Below, piece after piece: positions 24,105 to 36,240 of a stretch of DNA of 64,000 nt. Position numbers and translations under genes: made by a program. Position 1 is the stretch's first letter. Every line of letters begins with the position of its first letter. Under the pieces are notes generated by a model. That model did no database searches. It had not been told where the DNA came from and was given only the letters and a program-made list of their open reading frames with translations. Source of the stretch: Macrostomum hystrix (lineage: Eukaryota; Animalia; Platyhelminthes); the NCBI GenBank assembly GCA_950097015.1, contig CATNEN010000038.1, positions 15,128,001 through 15,192,000 on the forward strand, in the 5' to 3' direction.

Positions 24105-27100
24105 ATGACGAATCTACTCGTCCTGATTTGCCTGGCTGCTCTGGCCTTCAGCGTAGAGGCGACCAACTGGAGGCCCTGCCGTGGAGGTGAGTGCGCGATA
24201 ATCTAATGCTCATTTGGAAGCGATAAAATGCCCATTTTGTGGAATATTTTCGTTCTGGGAATTAAATCCTTATCGTATTAGTTCAAATCCTCATCATGGG
24301 ATCAAATCCTCATCATGGGATCGAATCCTCATCATGGGATCGAATCCTCATCATGGGATCGAATCCTCATCATGGGATCGAATCCTCATCATGAGATCAA
24401 ATCCTCATCATGGGATCGAATCCTCATCATGCGATCGAATCCTCATCATGGGATCGAATCCTCATCATGGGATCGAATCCTCATCATGAGATCAAATCCT
24501 CATCATGGGATCGAATCCTCATCATGCGATCGAATCCTCATCATGGGATCGAATCCTCATCATGGGATCGAATCCTCGTCATGGGATCGAATCCTCCTCA
24601 TGGGGATTGTATTCTCATCATGTGGATTGTATTCTCATCATGGGGATTGTATTCTCATCATGGGGATTGTATTCTAATCATGGGGATTGTATTCTCATCA
24701 TGGGGATTGTATTCTAATCATGGGGATTGTATTCTCATCATGGGGATTGTATTCTAATCATGGGGATTGTATTCTAATCATGTGGATTGTATTCTCATCA
24801 TGGGGATTGTATTCTAATCATGGGGATTGTATTCTCATCATGGGGATTGTATTCTAATCATGGGGATTGTATTCTCATCATGGGGATTGTATTCTAATCA
24901 TGGGGATTGTATTCTCATCATGGGGATTGTATTCTCATCATGGGGATTGTATTCTCATCATGGGGATTGTATTCTAATCATGGGGATTGTATTCTCATCA
25001 TGGGGATTGTATTCTCATCATGGGGATTGTATTCTCATCATGGGGATTGTATTCTAATCATGGGGATTGTATTCTCATCATGGGGATTGTATTCTCATCA
25101 TGGGGATTGTATTCTAATCATGGGGATTGTATTCTCATCATGTGGATTGTATTCTAATCATGGGGATTGTATTCTAATCATGGGGATTGTATTCTCATCA
25201 TGTGGATTGTATTCTCATCATGGGGATTGTATTCTAATCATGGGGATTGTATTCTCATCATGGGGATTGTATTCTAATCATTGGGATTGTATTCTAATCA
25301 TGGGGATTGTATTCTAATCATGGGGATTGTATTCTCATCATGGGGATTGTATTCTCATCATGGGGATTGTATTCTAATCATGGGGATTGTATTCTAATCA
25401 TGGGGATTGTATTCTAATCATGGGGATTGTATTCTAATCATGGGGATTGTATTCTCATCATGGGGATTGTATTCTCATCATGGGGATTGTATTCTAATCA
25501 TTGGGATTGTATTCTAATCATGGGGATTGTATTCTAATCATGGGGATTGTATTCTCATCATGGGGATTGTATTCTAATCATGGGGATTGTATTCTCATCA
25601 TGGGGATTGTATTCTAATCATGGGGATTGTATTCTAATCATGTGGATTGTATTCTCATCATGGGGATTGTATTCTAATCATGGGGATTGTATTCTCATCA
25701 TGGGGATTGTATTCTAATCATGGGGATTGTATTCTCATCATGGGGATTGTATTCTAATCATGGGGATTGTATTCTCATCATGGGGATTGTATTCTCATCA
25801 TGGGGATTGTATTCTCATCATGGGGATTGTATTCTAATCATGGGGATTGTATTCTCATCATGGGGATTGTATTCTCATCATGGGGATTGTATTCTCATCA
25901 TGGGGATTGTATTCTAATCATGGGGATTGTATTCTCATCATGGGGATTGTATTCTCATCATGGGGATTGTATTCTAATCATGGGGATTGTATTCTCATCA
26001 TGTGGATTGTATTCTAATCATGGGGATTGTATTCTAATCATGGGGATTGTATTCTCATCATGTGGATTGTATTCTCATCATGGGGATTGTATTCTAATCA
26101 TGGGGATTGTATTCTCATCATGGGGATTGTATTCTAATCATTGGGATTGTATTCTAATCATGGGGATTGTATTCTAATCATGGGGATTGTATTCTCATCA
26201 TGGGGATTGTATTCTCATCATGGGGATTGTATTCTAATCATGGGGATTGTATTCTAATCATGGGGATTGTATTCTAATCATGGGGATTGTATTCTAATCA
26301 TGGGGATTGTATTCTCATCATGGGGATTGTATTCTCATCATGGGGATTGTATTCTAATCATTGGGATTGTATTCTAATCATGGGGATTGTATTCTAATCA
26401 TGGGGATTGTATTCTCATCATGGGGATTGTATTCTAATCATGGGGATTGTATTCTCATCATGGGGATTGTATTCTAATCATGGGGATTGTATTCTAATCA
26501 TGGGGATTGTATTCTAATCATGGGGATTGTATTCTAATCATGGGGATTGTATTCTAATCATGGGGATTGTATTCTAATCATGGGGATTGTATTCTAATCA
26601 TGGGGATTGTATTCTAATCATGGGGATTGTATTCTAATCATGGGGATTGTATTCTAATCATGGGGATTGTATTCTAATCATGGGGATTGTATTCTAATCA
26701 TGGGGATTGTATTCTAATCATGGGGATTGTATTCTAATCATGGGGATTGTATTCTAATCATGGGGATTGTATTCTAATCATGGGGATTGTATTCTAATCA
26801 TGGGGATTGTATTCTAATCATGGGGATTGTATTCTAATCATGGGGATTGTATTCTCATCATGGGGATTGTATTCTAATCATGGGGATTGTATTCTAATCA
26901 TGGGGATTGTATTCTCATCATGGGGATTGTATTCTAATCATGGGGATTGTATTCTCATCATGGGGATTGTATTCTAATCATGGGGATTGTATTCTAATCA
27001 TGGGGATTGTATTCTAATCATGGGGATTGTATTCTAATCATGGGGATTGTATTCTAATCATGGGGATTGTATTCTAATCATGGGGATTGTATTCTAATCA

Positions 27101-30054
27101 TGGGGATTGTATTCTAATCATGGGGATTGTATTCTAATCATGGGGATTGTATTCTAATCATGGGGATTGTATTCTAATCATGGGGATTGTATTCTAATCA
27201 TGGGGATTGTATTCTCATCATGGGGATTGTATTCTCATCATGGGGATTGTATTCTAATCATTGGGATTGTATTCTAATCATGGGGATTGTATTCTAATCA
27301 TGGGGATTGTATTCTCATCATGGGGATTGTATTCTAATCATGGGGATTGTATTCTCATCATGGGGATTGTATTCTAATCATGGGGATTGTATTCTAATCA
27401 TGGGGATTGTATTCTAATCATGGGGATTGTATTCTAATCATGGGGATTGTATTCTAATCATGGGGATTGTATTCTAATCATGGGGATTGTATTCTAATCA
27501 TGGGGATTGTATTCTAATCATGGGGATTGTATTCTAATCATGGGGATTGTATTCTAATCATGGGGATTGTATTCTAATCATGGGGATTGTATTCTAATCA
27601 TGGGGATTGTATTCTAATCATGGGGATTGTATTCTAATCATGGGGATTGTATTCTAATCATGGGGAATTGTATTCTAATCATGGGATTGTATTCTAATCA
27701 TGGGGATTGTATTCTAATCATGGGGATTGTATTCTAATCATGGGGATTGTATTCTAATCATGGGGATTGTATTCTAATCATGGGGATTGTATTCTAATCA
27801 TGGGGATTGTATTCTAATCATGGGGATTGTATTCTAATCATGGGGATTGTATTCTAATCATGGGGATTGTATTCTAATCATGGGGATTGTATTCTAATCA
27901 TGGGGATTGTATTCTAATCATGGGGATTGTATTCTAATCATGGGGATTGTATTCTCAATCATGGGGATTGTATTCTAATCATGGGGATTGTATTCTAATC
28001 ATGGGGATTGTATTCTAATCATGGGGATTGTATTCTAATCATGGGGATTGTATTCTAATCATGGGGATTGTATTCTAATCATGGGGATTGTATTCTAATC
28101 ATGGGGATTGTATTCTAATCATGGGGATTGTATTCTAATCATGGGGATTGTATTCTAATCATGGGATTGTATTCTAATCATGGGATTGTATTCTAATCAT
28201 GGGGATTGTATTCTAATCATGGGGATTGTATTCTAATCATGGGGATTGTATTCTAATCATGGGGATTGTATTCTAATCATGGGGATTGTATTCTCATCAT
28301 GGGGATTGTATTCTAATCATGGGGATTGTATTCTAATCATGGGGATTGTATTCTCATCATGGGGATTGTATTCTAATCATGGGGATTGTATTCTAATCAT
28401 GGGGATTGTATTCTAATCATGGGGATTGTATTCTCATCAGAACCGCTGAATAACTCGACGATGCGGACTCGGACGGCTTTGAAAGTTAGTTCATCGTAAA
28501 GTTTGATTCATTTGGTGGACTTTCACGAAAATCGGTCATTCGATTTGGGAGCCATCGTTAAGTAGGCAGTCGGTATTTTAAATATCCCCCTGGTTTTACC
28601 CCATGGGGAAAGTAGCATGGGGGTCTTGCTACTGTCAATCCTTTTATCGTCAAATGAAGCGCTTAATATGGAAATATTGATTCTTGTTGACTTGTTTACT
28701 AGTCAGTGTTGTCTGTCTCCATGCAGGCTCCAACACGGTGACATTCACCGTCGAAGGATGCGAAGGTCGTCGTATTTGTCCAGTGAGGCGCGGCAAATCC
28801 TACTGGATCGAGATGACATTCCGAGGAAGTGAGTTTTCTTTGAAAGTCTAATTCTACGGTCATGGCACTATTAATTTTTGTTTCAGATAGTTAAAATTAA
28901 GCGCATACAGTTAAAAAAAGTAACACTATAAAAGGCATTCTGTCCAATCAGAATCAGGCGGAATCCACCACCTCATTATGACCAATAAGAAACAGGCGGA
29001 ATCCACCACCTCATTCTGTCTAATCAGAATCAGGCGGAATCCACCACTTCATTTTGTCCAATCAGAATCAACCGTAATTTAGCACCTCGTTCTGTCCAAT
29101 CAGATTCAGGCGGAATCCACCACCTCATTCTGTCTAATCAGAATCAGGCGGAATCCACCACTTCATTCTGTCCAATCAGAATCAACCGTAATTTAGCACC
29201 TCGTTCTGTCCAATCAGAATCAGGCGGAATCCACCACCTCATTCAAAACTACAAATTAGCAAAAGCCTAAAGCTGTGCATTTTTAAGCAGTCGAATTGAA
29301 AATGGAATGTCCAATTTGCAGACTCCAACGCTGACACTCTGGTTGCTTCGGTTCTCGGCAAATCCCGCGGCATGTCCAGTCCAATGCCCCTGGCAACTAA
29401 CAACTTCGATAGCAACGCCTGCGACTACCTGACTGGCGGCTGCCCAGTGATTCGCAACAACATGCACACCTACAGGTACCCACTGTTCATCGAGCCATTT
29501 TTCCCGCCGGTGAGTGTGAAATCAGTCTGCTTTTTCCTTAAAATTTGGTGTAAATTTTAGACAATGTTTTATTAAGTGCTTTATTTTCGTAGAATATCGT
29601 ATTGAATGAAGTCAAACAAAGGTATTGAATTTAGCGTGTGTTGAAAATCTATTTGTTTTAACGTTAGATACTTTATATGATAGAATTTAACGGATGTTGA
29701 AAGTCTATTAGTTTTAAAGTTATTTACTCTATGATACAAATTTAGAAACAAACGGAAGTTAAAGATTTTTATTTACCGTATGTAGGTTAAGTTTTGCATT
29801 TAATGGAAGTTGACATTATACTCGTATTATTTTTAACGTGTGCAAATCTAAAATGGGAATTAACGGAAGTCGATATTTTGTAGGATTTAACACATAAGTT
29901 AGATGGGATTTTTGCTGAAGTACAACAAAAAATCATAACAATTAAAAAATCACAAAATAAAACAATGCAGACCACCTACCTGATCAACTACGGCCTGAAG
30001 GATGCTACCGGCAGTACACAGGCCTGCGCTCGTCTGATCATTCGCGTCATGTAA
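24105..30054 (+). CDS. NPC2-like / ML-domain secreted lipid-binding protein
   Basis: Exons 24105-24186 (signal peptide MTNLLVLICLAALAFSVEA, WRPC), 28727-28828 (VEGCEGRRICPVRRG), 29322-29509 (NACDYLTGGCPV), 29971-30054 (LKDATGSTQAC...stop); six Cys in ML-domain spacing; splice phases consistent. Absent as a whole from the ORF track. Confidence 0.85.
24285..28440. repeat. 4.2-kb intronic satellite: 19-bp unit (atcctcatcatgggatcga) then 20-bp unit (tggggattgtattct[c/a]atca)
   Basis: About 190 copies of the 20-mer; unit switch at about 24600. Confidence 0.97.
28441..28650. mobile_element. Interspersed repeat fragment, Helentron/HINE(DINE-1)-like
   Basis: Homologous to 52483-52720 (gctgaata.ctcgacgatg...tgaaa.ttag...actttcacgaa.atcggtcattcg.tttgggagc...aagtaggcagt); family call from recalled motif resemblance only. 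Confidence 0.5.
28935..29245. repeat. 38-bp intronic minisatellite containing CCAAT (cattctgtccaatcagaatcaggcggaatccaccacct)
   Basis: About 8 copies in NPC2-like intron 2. Confidence 0.9.
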
Positions 30055-30389
30055 TAAAACAAAACCAGACTAACTTGTCATTGGATTTGAAATTAACTCA
30101 AACGAGTCCGTTTACTAAAAATCAACATTTTATTTACATTTCGTAATCGTCAAATACGCTCGTAAAGAACTGTCGAATGTGAGTCTTTAAAGTACATTTA
30201 TTTTAAATTCATCGACCCAAGAATATAAAAAATCATATCAGTCTACGGTGTGCCATCTCTTTGACGGACTGACAATAAATAAACTAATGTAATACACCAC
30301 TAGAATTATTTGACAGTGAAAGAAGTATAACAACAGAAGCTTGTTCTATCTTTATATTCATATACCAATGGATGAATAGTAGATAATGA

Positions 30390-30535
30390 CACCCTCTCAC
30401 CGATTCACTCACCAACTCACACATTCACTCACCAACTCACACATTCACTCACCAACTCACACATTCACTCACCAACTCACCCATTCACTCACCCTCTCAC
30501 CCATTCACACACCCTCTCACCCATTTACTCTCTCT
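30390..30535. repeat. 20-bp repeat (tcactcaccaactcacacat)
   Basis: Short tandem array. Confidence 0.85.
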
Positions 30536-30971
30536 CTCGCCAAAATATTTTCGTCAGAAATAGTTTACTTTGGAAAAAAAGTACGCACTATTTTCAAACT
30601 AGTTATCAACATGACCCGTGTTAAATGATTGTCTTCACCTAAATTTGATGCCTCAGTTTGATGTACAACAAACGTTAAATTTTGTTAAAGCTTGAGAGCT
30701 TTCTGTTGATGAACATGTGCCCCACAGAAGGACCTCAGCAACAGATTTTCGTCTGAAAGATCACCCACCTTGCGCACAGTTATCAGAATTATCAGGCCTT
30801 TTATCTTCAGCCACAGCCTGCGTGTTGCCAATTTTAGCAGCTGATTTTATTCTCTACCGTGCAAAGTAAACTGTAGAACTGCCGCCCTTGCCTCCGTAAT
30901 CCAATCAGAAGTAGCTCGTACTACCGAGAAGAAAAAAAATTAATTTTTCATCAGAATCAAGCATAAATTAG

Positions 30972-33335
30972 ATGCTATTCGTATGCTGCAGTTTGAAAAT
31001 AGTGAACTTCGCCACAGTTTTTACCTGCACAAGATTGTCCGGTCTGAGGATGCAATTCTTTGCCGTGCTAAACGTCACTTGCAATGCCGCATTCCTTAGA
31101 GCGGCCTATCAGACTGGCTTCGCTATTAGAATTGCCGTACTCTGTCTAGGTAGCCTGCAGGCTGTGGCATTGTTGCTAGGGGCCACTCTGAACATGTGCG
31201 GCCTGGTTACTCTCCGGCGGCACTGCGGATTAGGCCTCGAACTCACGAGCCAGTTTGGCAGCTTCGCGATTGCCGATACAGCATTCATGCTGTTCAATCT
31301 GCTGGACACCGTTAGTCACGTGATTGAGAACAATACCCCGCTTGCCCAGCTCCGGCCCTACATTAGCTACATAGTCTATGCTCACCCCATCGCTTGGATG
31401 CTGAGAACTGTTGCTTACACTGTGCACAGCTGGCAGACTGTTATGCTGAGCTGTTTAAAGTGTATCCGCATCCTCAGACCCCTCACCAATGTTACCAACC
31501 GGCTGTTAAAGTGGCTTGTAGCGGCTGTTTGGATCTACAGCACAGCCACCGGCGTGCCGACAGTCCTACTGTTTCAAACCTTCACCTCCGTGCTATTCGC
31601 TGAGTGCGCTGGCGGCTACAGAATCAGCAGCAGCGGCTACTATGCTCACTTTGGCGGATTCGATTCTGCGATGGCCGGAAATGCCACGAATGGCGTGGCG
31701 AGAGAGGAAGGTGAGGATTTGAAGCTGTTCTCATCAGCGACTGAACCTGAACTTGTGCTACAGACTGCCTCACCGCATCCCCGTCTACTCTCCCGTCTCC
31801 CCTCCGCTCTCTCACACCTCTCCCTCATCTCTCCCTCTTTCCCCTCTCAGAACTCTCCCTTCTCTTATCTCAAAGATCTCTTCCCTCTTTCCCCTCTCAG
31901 ATCTCTCCCCTCTTTCCCCCCTCAGATCTCTCCCCTCTTCCCCTCTATGATCTCTCTCCTCTTTCCCCTCTATGATCTCTCACTTTCCCCTCTCAGATCT
32001 CTCCCCACTCCCCCTCTCAGATCTCTCCACTCTTTTCCGTCTCAGATCTCTCACTCTCCCCTCTTCCCATTTCAGATCTTTCCCTGCTCTCATTTCTCAG
32101 ATCTCTCCCCTCTTTCCCCACACTCCCCCTCTCATATCTCTCCCTCTTTCCCCTCTCAGATCTCTCCCTCTTTCCCCTCTCAGATCTCTCCCTCTTTCCC
32201 CTCTCAGATCTCTCCCTCTTTCCCCTCTCATATCTCTCCCTCTTTCCCCTCTCATATCTCTCCCTCTTTCCCCTCTCATATCTCTCCCTCTTTCCCCTCT
32301 CATATCTCTCCCTCTTTCCCCTCTCAGATCTCTCCCTCTTTCCCCTCTCAGATCTCTCCCTCTTTCCCCTCTCACATCTCTCCCTCTTTCCCCTCTCATA
32401 TCTCTCCCTCTTTCCCCTCTCATATCTCTCCCTCTTTCCCCTCTCATATCTCTCCCTCTTTCCCCTCTCATATCTCTCCCTCTTTCCCCTCTCATATCTC
32501 TCCCTCTTTCCCCTCTCAGATCTCTCCCTCTTTCCCCTCTCATATCTCTCCCTCTTTCCCCTCTCAGATCTCTCTCTCTTCTCTTTCTGGACAAATGATT
32601 TGCTGACAAAAAATCCCTAATCTCTCTCTCTAAATAACTTCAGGCTTCAGTTGGGCATCATTTCCGCCCGTATTCGGCGCCCTGAACTCCACAGTATTGC
32701 CAACAGTAGTCACCCTGGCCTGCAATCTGCTTCTACTTAGACGCCTCCGCTGGCGAGCCAAACGTCTGCCGGGCGAGCAGAGCCGCAGCCAGGAGGCGAC
32801 CGCAGTCAGGCAGAGTCGAGAAGCCACACGGACTGTCCTGCTAACCGTTAACTGTTTCCTAGCCTTCCAGCTACCAATGGTGGTGTGGACACTGGTGGAC
32901 ACTTGGTTCTGGATGCGCCTAGAACCACACGTGTTCTCATTCCTGATCGTGCTAGCTAATACCCTCAGTCAGCTGTTCTTCGCAATTGATTTTTCAATCT
33001 GCATGCACAGCAATAGAAGATTTAGGCGGGCCTTTCAAAGATTGCTTCTTCGCCTGCTTTGCGGTCGGGAGCGACCGTCTGTTAGCGGCGGAGCCGGGAT
33101 GTCGGCTGCGGCAGCCACACACGGATCGGAGCAGGCCAGGGTTGCTGCCTGTTGTCGGCGTGAAATCGATAGAATTACAGCTGCGGCAGCATCGCCTGAC
33201 GTCATCGATCCCAAATCGATCGCGATTGTAGTTGCTGGCGAGACCGGATGTTGTAGCCACTGCATTGTTGACGACAATCAATCGACTGAAACAAGCAACG
33301 GAATTGGACGAAAACGGTCGACTACCCAGTTTTAA
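30972..33335 (+). CDS. Divergent rhodopsin-like (class A) orphan GPCR
   Basis: Exon 1 30972 (or ATG 31050)-31710 carries TM1-4 (GATLN, FAIAD, LKCIRILRPL, AVWIYS..GVP); exon 2 32644-33335 carries TM5-7 (LPTVVTLACN, TRTVLLTVNCFLAFQLP, AIDFSICMHSNRRFRRAF). The PSFPSHIS tail of the 544-aa ORF is intronic repeat. Confidence 0.8.
31800..32585. repeat. 24-bp pyrimidine-rich intronic minisatellite (tctctccctctttcccctctcata)
   Basis: Degenerate 5' part, homogeneous 3' part. Confidence 0.95.
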
Positions 33336-33348
33336 TTGTCTTGAGACT

Positions 33349-34023
33349 CTTGGGTAGAGTGTCTTGGGTAGAGTGTCTTGGGTAGAGTGTCTTGGGTAGA
33401 GTGTCTTGGGTAGAGTGTCTTGGGTAGAGTGTCTTGGGTAGAGTGTCTTGGGTAGAGTGTCTTGGGTAGAGTGTCTTGGGTAGAGTGTCTTGGGTAGAGT
33501 GTCTTGGGTGGAGTATCTTGGGTAGAGTGTCTTGGGTAGACTGTCTTGGGTAGAGTGTCTTGGGTAGAGTGTCTTAAGTAGAGTGTCTTGGGTAGAGTGT
33601 CTTGGGTAGAGTGTCTTGAGTAGAGTGTCTTGGGTAGAGTGTCTTAAGTAGAGTGTCTTGGGTAGAGTGTCTTGGGTAGAGTCGCTTGGGTAGAGTGTCT
33701 TGGGTAGAGTGTCTTGGGTAGAGTGTTTTGGGAAGAGTGTCTTGAGTAGAGTGTCTTGGGTAGAGTGTCTTGGGTAGAGTGTCTTGGGTAGAGTGTCTTG
33801 GTAGAGTATCTTGGGTAGTGTCTTGGGTAGAGTGTCTTTAGTAGAGCGTCTTGGGTATAGTGTCTTTAGTAGAGTGTCTTGGTAGAGTGTCTTGGGTAGA
33901 GTATCTTGGGTAGACTGTCTTGGGTAGAGTGTCTTGGGTAGAGTGTCTTGGGTAGTGTGTCTTGGGTAGAGTGTCTTGGGTAGAGTGTCTTGAGTAGAGT
34001 GTCTTGGGTAGAGTGTCTTGGGT
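33349..34023. repeat. 14-bp minisatellite (cttgggtagagtgt)
   Basis: Starts about 14 bp after the GPCR stop codon. Confidence 0.95.
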
Positions 34024-34689
34024 TTCACTTAGCAACTGCGAAGCAACGGAGCCATTTGAGATCCCAGTTAAAATTGAAATTTTTTTCCTAAATTTGGAAA
34101 ATGGACGATTGCGTACGAATGATATGCTTTTAGTCGTCAAACTGATGTCGCTAGAAGATACATGATATAATATAGCTCAAGTGCGAGCATATTTGAAGTA
34201 AAGTTAGCTTTATTTATTTATAGAGTATTTGCCTGATTGGCTTATTTCTGAAGGAGCATTTGCGAAATGCTTTTTAAGTAGCTATTTTCTGTCGGAAGGC
34301 ACGTTTTCTGCAGCTATTTTGCAAAACATTGTTCCTCATCAATCTATTTCTATGTCAAATGATGTATAAGTTTTGCATGCTGTCAGTGCTTAAGTAAGGT
34401 CTCTAATGCATTGGTTCACAACTTTTTTTTGCTTTTAGATTAAAAAAAATTAGTTTGGACAATTTTATGCGCGGGATAATTTTCCCACTTAGAGTCTTTA
34501 ATGAAACTGTCTTGTCTATTCAACAATTAAATGAGCGAATTATAACAATTTTGGCATCTGAGAAACATACTTAAGTATTTCCAAGAATGAGTTTACGCTT
34601 CTGTTTCTATGTGTACTATTTTATGACTAAGATATCTTAGAAAATCCATTTCAAAGAAACTTTCGATACTATAAATGTACTTTTAGCTT

Positions 34690-34945
34690 CACACCTCTGA
34701 GACGTCCTGAGTTCGAATCCCGGTCGAGGGAAAACTATTTGTGTCCTAAAGCTAGGCAATTGATTCCCAATTGCTTCAGCTCACCAAAGTGTAAAATGGA
34801 TACCACAATTTAATCTGGATGAGAAATTTGAGTGGGAGCATGTGCCCGCCTCCCCCAGTACATGGAATTGAAAACCACTATTCAGTCTTTGAAATCGCAT
34901 TGTAAAAGATGCAGCTGGGCCACTGGCTGTACGTCTGGCCCAACA
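34690..34945 (+). mobile_element. tRNA-derived SINE family 1, diverged copy
   Basis: B-box gagttcgaatcc, tttgtgtcctaaagc...ttgcttcagctcacc...taaaatggatacc, 3' tctggccc. Confidence 0.6.
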
Positions 34946-35193
34946 GCATGGGTTGACGCAATTCGAGCCTAGACGTCACTTTGATAGGATTCCTGCAGCG
35001 GGTTGGGATTGTGAAAAGCTCACGAGAATCATGACGTGACTCAAGGAGGATGAAATCATACAATCTGTTGAACTTTCACATGATCACTTGTACAAGTTCG
35101 CTAGATTCTAGAGCGCAGCAAGCGCTCTGTTCAAAACACCTCATTCATTACCTGAGAGATTGAATGGCCTCTTCCGTTACCTTGATGAGTGAG

Positions 35194-36240
35194 TGTAGTG
35201 TCAGCTTGTTTGCCCTTGTATCTCCCCGTGTTATTATTCAATACTTATTTTTAGACACGTGTTTTTTGCGATAAATCACCCACGCCAAGCTGGGCCGGAC
35301 CAGCCGGGGGAACGGACGCCCACCACCCCGCGAGCGCTACCCCTGGGCTACAGTCCCGGCCAATCAGCGAGCGACCCGGCCTCACTGCCTGTCTACCCTC
35401 GGCAATTGAAGCTACCCTGGGGCTCAGAACGGCGGTCGCAAGTATACTGTGATTTGTCGCCTTGGCTCAAGCTACAGCCAGGCATCCACCTCACCGATCG
35501 ACCTAATTTGTGGTTAACATGACTCTATAAAAGGAAGCGTGTTATTTTTGCAGTGACTTTTTATCGTTCTCCGCAATTCGCCTCACACTGTGAGAAGCAC
35601 GTGCAAGCTAGTCCACTTTGTTTTGTCTCTCCCCGCCCGACCACGCTCCGCTTGTTCAGTTAGGTAGCTTTCGGCGCTACGCGTCTTGAGAGGTGCGCCG
35701 CTGACAAGGGTGGTCTAGATAGGCGCTTGTTGTCGAAGTCAGTACGTGCTCTCTTCGGAGACTCCGCCGTCAGGCAGAAGGAGTGCCGATAGGATCTGTC
35801 GGGGCAGCGCTGAAAGCAGAGAGACAACCGGAGCCTCTCGGGAAGAGTAGGCGCGGAGTAGGCCAGTTAAAGTAAAGTTGTTATATCCAAATTGTTATAC
35901 CAAACCTTGCTTTTCACTGTGAGCGCGTTAATTATAATTTATGTCCGTGTGAACATCCTCATTCTGTCAGTGTAACTTTTAAATTAAGTTCAGCAAGTAA
36001 ACTCCAAATGAAACGTTTTTTTTCATTGGGAGTTTCGCCGGGCCGGAGGACGACACGCGGGTCTCATCGCTTATCTATTCCGCTTCGCTCGCTACCACAG
36101 TCTCTAACGCTATTTAATTCCAGATTCCCCTGCTGCTATTGAAACGATTGGGTAGGATACCGACCCCGGCAGGTGAATAGTGAATAGTCGCTAGCTTTAA
36201 ATTCCTCACGCTCCAGCTAGGACATTCATTTTATTACAAC
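35194..36240. mobile_element. Possible solo LTR or other repeat-derived GC-rich island
   Basis: Non-coding GC-rich block with CCAAT (about 35360) and TATAAAA (35526); starts tgtagt; no TSD or partner LTR found. Confidence 0.25.

Noticed and set aside
24214-26177. ORFs with SSWGLYSHHGDCILIMGIVF repeats
   Set aside because: Satellite translations within NPC2-like intron 1
31711-32606. Ser/Pro-rich C-terminus of the 544-aa ORF as a real GPCR tail
   Set aside because: Donor at 31711 and acceptor at 32643 join TM4 to TM5-7 in phase; the tail is intronic repeat
32994-34140. 344-aa and 100-aa minus-strand ORFs (TLYPRHSTQD)
   Set aside because: Read-through of the 14-bp array
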